A stretch of DNA of 34,944 nucleotides from a virus (Duplodnaviria; Caudoviricetes): positions 1-34,944 of the IMG/VR virus record IMGVR_UViG_3300031576_001289; one strand, 5' to 3'. The notes below the pieces were generated by a model. That model was not told the DNA's origin and made no database searches. It was given only the letters and a program-made list of their open reading frames with translations. This document shows positions 17,383 to 24,904 of this stretch, piece after piece (within the stretch, counting starts at the first letter, position 1; each line of letters begins with the position of its first letter). The position numbers and the translations under genes were made by a program.

Positions 17383-17726
17383 CAGCCGTCAGCCCCTTCG
17401 CCGGCGGCGGGCTCCGTCTCATCCTCGGCAGGCTCGTCGCCGGCGTCGGGCTCCGCGACGGACACCTCGGCGAGGCCGGCCGGGACATGGTTGTCGGGCC
17501 ACACGACCGGCGCCGCGCCGGCGTTCACCTTGACCCGCTCGAGCGGCGCGTCCAGCTCGTCGACGAGGCCGAGCAGCTCCTCAGCGGTGATCCCCGCGAC
17601 CCTGGCGAGCTCGGCCACCTCGACCGGGACGCCCGGCACCCACTCGCCCGGCAGGCCGACAAGGTTCACCGGCGTCGAGCCGGCGGCCTCAGTCAGCACG
17701 AGCGCGTCAACCTTCGCCTTCGCCAT
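17382..17726 (-). CDS. Hypothetical acidic protein
   Basis: Motif-preceded ATG; TGATG overlap. Confidence 0.75.
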   Translation of the reverse strand: MAKAKVDALVLTEAAGSTPVNLVGLPGEWVPGVPVEVAELARVAGITAEELLGLVDELDAPLERVKVNAGAAPVVWPDNHVPAGLAEVSVAEPDAGDEPAEDETEPAAGEGADG

Positions 17727-17727
17727 C

Positions 17728-17740
17728 GGCCTACTATCGG
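17728..17740 (-). promoter_or_regulatory. Late motif copy 4
   Basis: CCGATAGTAGGCC-G-ATG. Confidence 0.8.
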
Positions 17741-17761
17741 AGCGGCCGGCAGGAACGCTGG

Positions 17762-18289
17762 CTACAGCGTCTGGCTCTTCGCGAACGACGGCGCCAGCTC
17801 GGCGGGCAGCGACAGGCGTTCCGCCTCCACCTGGGCTTCGGTGCCGAACTCCGGCTCGTCACCCCAGAACGCGCCGGCCGTCGACCCGCCCGTGGCTTCC
17901 AGCTGCGCGATCCCCGGGTGCGACCCCGTCGCGATCGTGCCGCGCTGGCCGGCGGTGGTGTTCGACGACGGGTCTCCCATCGCCTGCCCCCAGATGCGCT
18001 CCGCCCGCTTCAACAGCTCGCCGAGCTCCTTCGGCGAGTCCGGGATCCCGGCCAGCACCCGGGCCAGCGCGCCGTAGGCGGCGCAGTCGGCGAACGGTTC
18101 GCGCTGCGCCTCGGTTAGCCCGCCGGGGCTGTGGCCGCGGGAGCTGATCGCCGCGTCGATCATCGTCGACAGGTCGGCGAGCACCTGCTCGACGTCACCC
18201 TGGTTCGGATGGCTGCCAGCCTGCGAGTAGAGCGTCTGCCAGCGGCCGGCGCGGGCGAGGACGTCGGCGTGGGTGGCGTAGACCGCCAC
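17762..18289 (-). CDS. Head-tail adaptor (Mu gp36-like)
   Basis: YATHADV...STMIDAAISSRG; position after the capsid gene. Confidence 0.7.
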   Translation of the reverse strand: MAVYATHADVLARAGRWQTLYSQAGSHPNQGDVEQVLADLSTMIDAAISSRGHSPGGLTEAQREPFADCAAYGALARVLAGIPDSPKELGELLKRAERIWGQAMGDPSSNTTAGQRGTIATGSHPGIAQLEATGGSTAGAFWGDEPEFGTEAQVEAERLSLPAELAPSFAKSQTL

Positions 18290-18300
18290 TCAGCCGCCGC

Positions 18301-18579
18301 CTACTCGGACGTCTCTTCGGCCGGCTCTGCGGCCGGCTCTGCGGCGGGCTCGGGCGCGGCCGCTGCGGGCGCCTTCGGCTTCGGCAGAGTGCGGCGCTTG
18401 GCCTTCGGTTTGGCGGGCGCCTTCGGCACGACGGGCTCGAGCGCCCCGGTCTCCAGACCGCGTGCGACCGCTTCCGCTGGCAGGTCGTCGAAGACGTTGC
18501 CCTTGCCCTCCACCTCGCCGCGGGACCCGTCCTCCTGCACGAACCCGAGCACGTCGAAGAGCAGCTTGAACGAGGCCAT
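18301..18579 (-). CDS. Small head-associated protein with K/P/A-rich tail
   Basis: TGATG overlap with the capsid gene. Confidence 0.7.
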   Translation of the reverse strand: MASFKLLFDVLGFVQEDGSRGEVEGKGNVFDDLPAEAVARGLETGALEPVVPKAPAKPKAKRRTLPKPKAPAAAAPEPAAEPAAEPAEETSE

Positions 18580-19520
18580 CACGCCACCGCGGTGATGACG
18601 TACACGGCGTCGGGCTGCGGCAGCGCGATCGCCGGCCACCGGCCAGCAGAGATCCGCTGATGCACCGCCGGCTTGCCGTCAGCCTCGACCTTCACGTGGA
18701 TCGGCGCGAACCCCGGGCCCGGATCGTACGACGCCCAACCCTCGGACGGGTCGACGGCCTCGTCGGCGATCGTCCCAGCGATCCCCGTGTCGAGCACGAT
18801 CGCCTTCGTCTCGGTGATCTGCGGCGTGAAGATGATCTCCTTCAACCCCAGGAACGGCGCGACGAGGCCGGTCGAGATCTGCCCGTCGCGGACCTCGCGC
18901 GGCAAAGCGGCCCGCAGCACCGTGTTGTTGAGGAGGTCGTCGCGGCGCTTCGAGTGCAACACGAGCGTGGCGCCGGAGAAGCCGTCGTAGCCGTTGTCCT
19001 TCAGCTCGAGGCCTTCCTGCGCCTTCGCGATCTCGGCGATGATGTCGGTGCTGACGGTCGTCCACACGGCGGCGGAAGCACCGGTCTGGATCGCCGGGTA
19101 CGTGGTTGTGTCCTCGAGCGTCGCCATCGCCTTCGCGTCGATGAACTTCACGATCCGGTTCGCGAGCTTTCTGAGGGCACGGTCGACCATGTCGCGCTGG
19201 TTGCGGCGGATCGCCAGGTTTGTGATCCGCGCCGAGTAGCCGTACTGCTTCACGGCGGCGGTCTTCACGGCCTCCGACCAGTCGGTCAGCGGGAAGTCGG
19301 CGCCTTCGGCGATCTCGACGGGGTCGTCGTCGACGTAGATCGACTCGAGCTCCTGGTAGCGCATCGCGCCGCCGGCGACCTGGTCGGACGAGCCTCTGAC
19401 GAACAGCCGGTCGGCGACGAGCCGCTTGTTGACGAGGTTCACGAGCGCCCGGGAGAGGAGTTCCGGCTGCTTGAGCAGCACCTGGACGGTCAGCGTCGGC
19501 GATGAGGATGCGTAGGGCAT
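18579..19520 (-). CDS. Major capsid protein (HK97 fold)
   Basis: EIAEGADFP...VKQYGYSARIT...RRNQRD; 313 aa after scaffold and decoration genes. Confidence 0.9.
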   Translation of the reverse strand: MPYASSSPTLTVQVLLKQPELLSRALVNLVNKRLVADRLFVRGSSDQVAGGAMRYQELESIYVDDDPVEIAEGADFPLTDWSEAVKTAAVKQYGYSARITNLAIRRNQRDMVDRALRKLANRIVKFIDAKAMATLEDTTTYPAIQTGASAAVWTTVSTDIIAEIAKAQEGLELKDNGYDGFSGATLVLHSKRRDDLLNNTVLRAALPREVRDGQISTGLVAPFLGLKEIIFTPQITETKAIVLDTGIAGTIADEAVDPSEGWASYDPGPGFAPIHVKVEADGKPAVHQRISAGRWPAIALPQPDAVYVITAVA

Positions 19521-19958
19521 CTAGACCCTCACCAGCACCTTGCCGGTTGCCTCGTCGGCGATCCCCTCGAGCGCGACGCCGACGGCGCCGAGCCCAGCGT
19601 TGATCGCCGCCTCCACGGTCGTCTCGTTGACGGTCGCGGTGGTGTCGATGAGCAGGGTGGAGACGTGGCCTTCGTTGCCGGCGCCCGTTGCCGGGGTGAC
19701 GAGGTCGCCTGCGGTGACGGCGCCCTCGGCCTTGATCTTGAAAACGTAGCCGCTCAGCAGCACCGGGATCACGTCGCCGGATGCGGACGCGGTCTGGAGT
19801 GCGACGCCGACGACCTTCTTCGACCCGGCGGAGGCGGGGCCGACGGTGTTGTCGCCGGACACTTCGACGAGGGTGCCGGCGGTGACGGCGGCCGAGACGG
19901 CCATCGAGACGCGCATGCCGGGCGTGTAGAGCGGGTTGACACCACCGGAGACGGTCAT
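19521..19958 (-). CDS. Capsid decoration/cement protein (DUF2190-like)
   Basis: AAVTAGTLV...VVGVALQTA..GDVIPV...AEGAVTAGDLV. Confidence 0.8.
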   Translation of the reverse strand: MTVSGGVNPLYTPGMRVSMAVSAAVTAGTLVEVSGDNTVGPASAGSKKVVGVALQTASASGDVIPVLLSGYVFKIKAEGAVTAGDLVTPATGAGNEGHVSTLLIDTTATVNETTVEAAINAGLGAVGVALEGIADEATGKVLVRV

Positions 19959-20551
19959 CAGATGACGTCCTCCGCTGTGACGCCGGCCATGCGGGCGATG
20001 TCGGCCTCATAGGCCTTCGCCTGAGCGTCGGCGGCTTCGTCGTCGGCGGGCTCGTCGGCGGATCCGTACTCGCGGCCGAGCTCGTCGTTGGCCGGGGCCT
20101 CGTCGACGAACTTGCGTGCGGCGACAGCGTTCGAGTCGTACAGGGCTTCGAGCGTCTCGCGCTGGCCGGGCGTGACCTTGCCGGTCTTGAGCGCGGCTTC
20201 GACGAATGCGCGTCGGTGCTCGAGGCGAAGCTCTTCCTTCGTTTCGTTCGCGGTCTTCTCGGCGGCCTCGAGTCGGCGCTCGAGGGCCTTCGTGGCCTCG
20301 TCGCCGTCCCCGCCGCCCTCGTCGCCGTCTTCGGCGGCCTTCTTCGCGGCCTCGAGGAGCTTGGCGCCGGTGACCTCGCCTTCGACGTCGAGCGTCTTCG
20401 CGATCTCCTGAGCCTCAGCGTCCGACACGACCGGCGCAGGCTGCTCTCCGACGAGGCCCGCCTTGCCGAGCAGCTCGTCGGTGACCTTGACGGCCTCAAG
20501 GCCGGTGGCCTCCGCGAACTTGCGCCGCTGCTCGTCGGTGAACTTGGGCAT
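19958..20551 (-). CDS. Nested in-frame scaffolding protein (197 aa)
   Basis: Internal ATG (MPKFTDEQ) 4 nt after a late motif copy. Confidence 0.7.
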   Translation of the reverse strand: MPKFTDEQRRKFAEATGLEAVKVTDELLGKAGLVGEQPAPVVSDAEAQEIAKTLDVEGEVTGAKLLEAAKKAAEDGDEGGGDGDEATKALERRLEAAEKTANETKEELRLEHRRAFVEAALKTGKVTPGQRETLEALYDSNAVAARKFVDEAPANDELGREYGSADEPADDEAADAQAKAYEADIARMAGVTAEDVI

Positions 20552-21145
20552 TCCGGGCCTACTATCGGACGACGGATCCGAAACGCCGGGCGCCTCGCGT
20601 GCGGCCAACTCGACCAGGACGTCGAAGGCACGCTCCGCGAAGTCCTGCTTTTCGTCGGTCACGTCGACGAAGCGGCGCTCGATCCCGTCCCCGTCCTCGT
20701 AGAGCTTCACGACGTCATCGAGCGTGCTGACAGCCGGCAGCTTCGCCCCGAGCCAGGCGAGACCGGTGACCGCCCAGTCGTGCGTGCGCCCAGTCTTCTG
20801 CGACGTAACCCTCGACAACTCGACCGACCGATGACGCCACGCCCCACGGCCGACGAGGTCTGCGAACTTGCGCGGCACCTGCTTGATGTCGCTCAAGAGC
20901 TTCTGCCCGTCGTCTGAGACGCGAATGTTGGAGAGCCACCCGACCGCAGGATCCGACGATTTGCTGTGCCCGATCTTCGACGGCGGCTTGATCTCTTCGG
21001 CGAGATCAAGGTTCGCGTCCGCGATCTCGCGTAGCTGCTCGGGGGTCCAGTGATCGCCCTCCGGCGGCGACCCGACTCCGTGGATCGGCCCGCCCACGCT
21101 CAGGATCTCGACGCCCTCGAGGTCGACGGTCTCAAGCTCAGGCAT
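19958..21145 (-). CDS. Prohead protease-scaffold (Mu I-like)
   Basis: KIGH, PAVGW, WRHRSVEL, TGLAWLGAKLPAV; coiled-coil C-terminus. Confidence 0.85.
   Translation of the reverse strand: MPELETVDLEGVEILSVGGPIHGVGSPPEGDHWTPEQLREIADANLDLAEEIKPPSKIGHSKSSDPAVGWLSNIRVSDDGQKLLSDIKQVPRKFADLVGRGAWRHRSVELSRVTSQKTGRTHDWAVTGLAWLGAKLPAVSTLDDVVKLYEDGDGIERRFVDVTDEKQDFAERAFDVLVELAAREAPGVSDPSSDSRPGMPKFTDEQRRKFAEATGLEAVKVTDELLGKAGLVGEQPAPVVSDAEAQEIAKTLDVEGEVTGAKLLEAAKKAAEDGDEGGGDGDEATKALERRLEAAEKTANETKEELRLEHRRAFVEAALKTGKVTPGQRETLEALYDSNAVAARKFVDEAPANDELGREYGSADEPADDEAADAQAKAYEADIARMAGVTAEDVI
20556..20568 (-). promoter_or_regulatory. Late motif copy 5 (intragenic)
   Basis: CCGATAGTAGGCC-CGGA-ATG inside the protease gene. 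Confidence 0.75.
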
Positions 21146-21164
21146 CAGCGGCCCCCGGGACGAG

Positions 21165-21236
21165 TAGCGCCGCCCCGGATCGAACGGGGGACCTCCGGGT
21201 TATGGGCCCGGCGAGCTGCCACTGCTCCACGGCGCA
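21165..21236 (-). tRNA. Initiator tRNA-fMet (CAT), no encoded CCA
   Basis: 72-nt cloverleaf TGCGCCG TG GAGC AGTGGCA GCTC G CCGGG CCCATAA CCCGG AGGTC CCCCG TTCGATC CGGGG CGGCGCT A; 1:72 mismatch, A11:U24, three G:C anticodon-stem pairs. Confidence 0.9.
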
Positions 21237-21240
21237 TCGT

Positions 21241-21253
21241 GGCCTACTATCGG
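21241..21253 (-). promoter_or_regulatory. Late motif copy 6
   Basis: CCGATAGTAGGCC-ACGA then the tRNA 5' end. Confidence 0.8.
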
Positions 21254-21259
21254 AGCGGC

Positions 21260-21299
21260 TAGAATGATGGGGCGGCGCCGTTGCTACCCGGCCCGCCCC
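21260..21299 (+). promoter_or_regulatory. -10 box and leader hairpin of the HNH gene
   Basis: TAGAAT at 21260-21265; hairpin GGGGCGG-C-GCCG-n8-CGGC-CCGCCCC at 21269-21299. Confidence 0.5.
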
Positions 21300-21323
21300 G
21301 CGACACCGAGAAACGAGGTCTCG

Positions 21324-21839
21324 ATGCAAGAGCAGCGTACGCCTACCGGCCCCAACCCCTCCGGCTACTGCATGTGCGGATGCGGCCGGCTAGCACCGGT
21401 CCAGAAGTACACCGACATGCGCCGCGGTGTCCCCAGAGGACAGCCGCAACGGTTCATCCTCGGCCACGTCAACGGCGGCCGCGACTTCTCCGATGAGCAC
21501 AGGCGGAACATCGCCGAAGCTCGTCGCCGCCAAACGATCACGCCCGACACGCGTCGGAAAATCAGCATCGCGCTGGGTGGCACGGGAGAGCCTGGGTACG
21601 TCGCGATTCACAGCAGGCTCAGACGACAACACCCGAAGTCAGGCATCTGCGAGGAGTGCGGCACCGAGGGGTCGACCGAGTACGCGTTCCTGCGCCACCC
21701 CGAGCCTCACACGTCAGACCGCGAGGACTACAAGGAGCTGTGTGTACCTTGCCACCGGCGTTTGGACGGCTGGTTGCAGGCCCACCCGAACAAGGTGAAG
21801 CGCCTCAAGAGGAAAAGCGCTCCACAGTCTCCAACCTAA
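21324..21839 (+). CDS. HNH-like homing endonuclease with NUMOD3-like repeats
   Basis: CMCGCG, FSDEHRRNIA / TPDTRRKIS, YVAIH, CEEC, LCVPCHRRLD; GAGGT SD. Confidence 0.8.
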   Translation: MQEQRTPTGPNPSGYCMCGCGRLAPVQKYTDMRRGVPRGQPQRFILGHVNGGRDFSDEHRRNIAEARRRQTITPDTRRKISIALGGTGEPGYVAIHSRLRRQHPKSGICEECGTEGSTEYAFLRHPEPHTSDREDYKELCVPCHRRLDGWLQAHPNKVKRLKRKSAPQSPT

Positions 21840-22326
21840 AACGCAGGAAGGTGGGCACCCGCCACTTGCGGAACTCTCTGCCGTCGTCGGTGGGTTCGAA
21901 CGGGAGCACGTCGATCCTCCACGTGAGGCCGCCCTCCTGAGCGACCTCGACCTCCGCGCCGAACGCGTCCTTCACGAGCAGCACCTCGCAGACGGCACGC
22001 CGGTAGCCGAGCGCCATCTCATACGCCTGCGACACCTCGCCGGTGAGGCATTCCTGCCAGGCGACGACGTTGACGGCGACGTCGTGGTCGAACTCGGTGC
22101 GGTCGAGGTCGAAGGCGCCGGTGAGGCCGTCCATCGCGGCGACCTCGAGCTGCGGGAACGCGTTCGCTGAGAGCGAGTCGGTGCCGCCGAAGTGGATGAC
22201 GGCCGGCTCGAGCAGGTCGACTTGGTTGGCCGCCTCGGCGTTGAACACGGCGATCTGCGCGGGAAGGCCGGCCTGCAGGGAGGCGATCGCCTTGCGGATG
22301 AGCGGGGCGTCGCCGGCGAGCTTCAC
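21805..22326 (-). CDS. Putative tail terminator/completion protein
   Basis: FPQLEV pattern, size, adjacent to neck gene. Confidence 0.55.
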   Translation of the reverse strand: MKLAGDAPLIRKAIASLQAGLPAQIAVFNAEAANQVDLLEPAVIHFGGTDSLSANAFPQLEVAAMDGLTGAFDLDRTEFDHDVAVNVVAWQECLTGEVSQAYEMALGYRRAVCEVLLVKDAFGAEVEVAQEGGLTWRIDVLPFEPTDDGREFRKWRVPTFLRFRLETVERFSS

Positions 22327-22339
22327 GGTCTACTATCGC
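22327..22339 (-). promoter_or_regulatory. Late motif copy 7 (variant)
   Basis: GCGATAGTAGACC immediately before GTG 22326. Confidence 0.75.
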
Positions 22340-22410
22340 GGCCAGATACCCCGGTTCGAATCCGGGCGCGCTTCGACCGCGCGTGGCCGAGGGCCGTTGC
22401 ATCGCGGCCA
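22335..22410 (+). other. Circularly permuted tRNA-Cys-like element with 10-bp terminal direct repeats
   Basis: T-arm CCCGG TTCGAAT CCGGG, then CGCGC-n7-GCGCG, TGGCCGAG, GGCCG TTGCATCG CGGCC; ATCGCGGCCA at 22335 and 22401. Confidence 0.45.
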
Positions 22411-22421
22411 TGGAGTAGGCA

Positions 22422-22460
22422 GGGCGATACGGGCCGGGAGTGATGCCCCGGCCGTCGCCC
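22422..22460 (-). terminator. GC-rich hairpin after the neck gene stop (no U-tract)
   Basis: GGGCGA..GGCCGGG / CCCGGCC..TCGCCC inverted repeat. Confidence 0.45.
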
Positions 22461-22461
22461 C

Positions 22462-22941
22462 TCAGACGCGTCGCAGGAGGTCGCGGATGTAGTCGTCGGC
22501 TGCGTCCTGCAGCTGGACGGCCGCGAGCGGGGGAAGCGGGTCGCCGAACACGAGCGGCCGCTGCGGCACCCCGTCGCCGAACTGGTGGTACTGAAGCACC
22601 GGCCCATGGGCGGGGCCGGCGTCGTCGATCGTCATCGTCAGCGTGGTCGGCGTCTGGAACCGTTGCGGCCGCGACGCGGCCTGCTTCAGCTGGCCGGTCG
22701 CCTCAAGGATCCCCCGGCCCGGATGGTGCCGGGCCTTCCAGACGGCGTAGGCGGGTGAGAGTGGCCTCCATCGTTGCCCGGCGAACTCGCCTTCGGTCTC
22801 GAACTGGAGCTTCCACCAGCCTCTGACGAGGCGCGCGACGATCGGCCAGAACGGCCGCAGGTCGTTGAGGGCCGCGGAGAGGATGCGGATCCGGCGGCGG
22901 GCGTCGGCGTCGTCGACGGTGACAGACCAGTGATCGGGCAC
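22462..22941 (-). CDS. Phage virion morphogenesis protein (Mu gpG-like)
   Basis: FETEG...WRPLSPAY..WK...ILEATGQL...YHQFG..VPQRP. Confidence 0.85.
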   Translation of the reverse strand: MPDHWSVTVDDADARRRIRILSAALNDLRPFWPIVARLVRGWWKLQFETEGEFAGQRWRPLSPAYAVWKARHHPGRGILEATGQLKQAASRPQRFQTPTTLTMTIDDAGPAHGPVLQYHQFGDGVPQRPLVFGDPLPPLAAVQLQDAADDYIRDLLRRV

Positions 22942-22954
22942 GGCCTACTGTCGG
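22942..22954 (-). promoter_or_regulatory. Late motif copy 8 (variant)
   Basis: CCGACAGTAGGCC immediately before GTG 22941. Confidence 0.75.
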
Positions 22955-22960
22955 GCGCCG

Positions 22961-23056
22961 CTACTTCGGCGACGGGCTAGGCGGCTTCGGCCTCTTTACG
23001 AGTTCGCCGGGCTTCCAGGTGATCCGCTCACCCAGGGATGACTGTCGCGAAGACAT
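22961..23056 (-). CDS. 31-aa peptide MSSRQSSLGERITWKPGELVKRPKPPSPSPK, candidate ART immunity
   Basis: ATG overlaps the last codons of the ART gene; fills the gap up to the next motif. Confidence 0.5.
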   Translation of the reverse strand: MSSRQSSLGERITWKPGELVKRPKPPSPSPK

Positions 23057-24293
23057 ACCTAGTCACGATGCTAGCACGGCCCGGGTATGAGGTCACGCGT
23101 TCCTCGACGCGATCGATCCGCAACGCAACCCCGCGGCCGAGCAAGATCTCACGCTCATTACGCACAGTCGGCGCGCCGGCCGCGTTGAGATCTAGCGCCT
23201 TTGTGCCGGCCGGAAGTGTGATCTCCCACACGTCTCCGTACGGGCCCGCCCACGACTCGGGCAGTGCGTTTGTCGCGGATGTGCTCATGAACCCGAGGTC
23301 GTCGAACACGTCGCCTGCCTCCACTTCGACCGGGGTGGAGAAGGCGCGCCACACGAGCCGCTCGGAGCGCAGCGGCGACGCCTTGTCGATCGCTCGGTCG
23401 ACGCGGTCGACCACGTCATCGATGTCGGCGCGGGCGGTTGGGGAGAGCTGGAGCAGCTGACGCAGGTAGCCGTTGATCTGCTCGTATTCGGAGCTGGTGT
23501 ACCTGCCGATCGCCACTTTCTCTGAATCGGTTAGGTCAGCGGTCAGCCGCGCTCGAGGTTCAGCCGCGGCATTGACGGGGACGGCGCGGCAGCGGCAGCG
23601 GCCGCCGCCCAAGCATCGAGGGTTGGGCCCGAAGTTCGGCAGCACCCGGAACAGCTCCTCAAGCGTCGCGTAACGGGTGCCGTTCAGCGGGCGGCAGACG
23701 TCGCAGGTGCCTCCGTCCAGTATCGCCGTGTACTCCCACTCGGCGATCAAGTCGGAGACGGTGTCGAACGTCTCCGCAAGCCCGCCGATCAGCGCCGTCG
23801 ACACCATCCGCGAGGCGATGTCTCGCGCGCCGGGCACGGCAAGCGCCGCGCGCACGAGCGCGGACTGCGCGGCGCCGCCAACGTCGAGGAAGACGAGCTC
23901 GTCCTCGATCCGGATCTGCATGCCGGTGAGGCCGCGTCGCAGATAGTCGTCGAGATCGCCCGGCCCCGCCGGGCGCGAGTCGACGTACTGGCGGCCGGCG
24001 ACGTCATAGCCCAGCCGCTCAAGCTCGTTCCACCCCTCGACGCGGCCGAGCTCCGCCAGCTGCTCGAGCGGCTTGCGCATGGCGTCGGTCACGAGCAGCT
24101 CGAGCCGGTGCTGGGATCCGCGCGCGCGGATCCCACGGCTGATCTCGACATGGATCGCCCGCTCCAGCCTGTTCTTGGCGCCGGCGAGCGCCTGGTCGAG
24201 CAGCGCGACGTCGATCGCCTGCTCGGCTTCGCTGAGCTGCCGCCCGACGAGCCGCTCAACGTACGAGCGAGGCTCGGTGAGGGTGGCGGTCAC
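23028..24293 (-). CDS. MuF head morphogenesis protein fused to a VIP2/C3-like ADP-ribosyltransferase
   Basis: GTGA-coupled start 24293; MuF DGGTCDVC...CRCR; ART YT...Y..INGYLR, VWR, FMSTS, ERE. Confidence 0.9.
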   Translation of the reverse strand: MTATLTEPRSYVERLVGRQLSEAEQAIDVALLDQALAGAKNRLERAIHVEISRGIRARGSQHRLELLVTDAMRKPLEQLAELGRVEGWNELERLGYDVAGRQYVDSRPAGPGDLDDYLRRGLTGMQIRIEDELVFLDVGGAAQSALVRAALAVPGARDIASRMVSTALIGGLAETFDTVSDLIAEWEYTAILDGGTCDVCRPLNGTRYATLEELFRVLPNFGPNPRCLGGGRCRCRAVPVNAAAEPRARLTADLTDSEKVAIGRYTSSEYEQINGYLRQLLQLSPTARADIDDVVDRVDRAIDKASPLRSERLVWRAFSTPVEVEAGDVFDDLGFMSTSATNALPESWAGPYGDVWEITLPAGTKALDLNAAGAPTVRNEREILLGRGVALRIDRVEERVTSYPGRASIVTRYVFATVIPG

Positions 24294-24904
24294 GCGAGGG
24301 TGACATCGGCGAGCACACTGATGCGTCCCCGCCCGACCGTCGTCTTGGTGCCGTCGGGCTCCTCGAGCTGCACGTCGCACTCCAGCCGCGACGTCTCGGT
24401 GAGCGCGGCGGTGTCAGCCGGGTTGACGACGACGGTGGCGAAGCTCTTCCCCGTCGAGGCGGGGCTGTTGAGGGTGATCCCGCCGGGGCCGCCGCCGACG
24501 CCCGCGGTCTTCGCGATCACGGCCGCGGCGTCCGTGTCGGCGAGCGAGCGTTTCGCGGTCAGCCACATCTTCACGTTCGCGAGTGACAGGTCGATGTTGC
24601 GGATTGGCACCAGCCTCCCGGTCGCCCCGCCGGCTGTGGTGCCGGCGGAGCCGAGCAGCGTCACCCGCGTCGTCGAGGGGACCGACTGCACGACCCATTC
24701 GCCGTTCGCCTGCGCGTTGCCCTGATGGGCGTCGACGCGGCAGCGGTCTCCCACCAGGAGGCCGTGGGCGGCGGCGGTCGTGATCTCGATCGGCGTTGCG
24801 GCCGTGGACGAGGAGATCTCGAGCGACGGGTATTCGCGCATGACCGGGCCGACCTCGATCGTGGCGCGGTCGCCGCGGACTAGTTCGATGTCGACAACGT
24901 TCAT
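24290..24904 (-). CDS. Virion structural protein (BppU-like with inserted beta domain)
   Basis: IELVRGD...VVVNPADT...CDVQL...GRISV, with an ITTAAAHGLLVGD...NGEWVV insert. Confidence 0.65.
   Translation of the reverse strand: MNVVDIELVRGDRATIEVGPVMREYPSLEISSSTAATPIEITTAAAHGLLVGDRCRVDAHQGNAQANGEWVVQSVPSTTRVTLLGSAGTTAGGATGRLVPIRNIDLSLANVKMWLTAKRSLADTDAAAVIAKTAGVGGGPGGITLNSPASTGKSFATVVVNPADTAALTETSRLECDVQLEEPDGTKTTVGRGRISVLADVTLA

Noticed and set aside
15416-17488. 690-aa ORF as a gene
   Set aside because: Only the last ~95 codons look coding; they are the frameshifted chaperone extension
18298-18308. CCGAGTAGGCG as a twelfth late motif
   Set aside because: Lacks two core bases and is explained by the stop codon context
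23028-24380. ORF-track start 24380 for MuF-ART
   Set aside because: Overlaps the upstream gene by about 90 bp; the GTGA-coupled start at 24293 fits better
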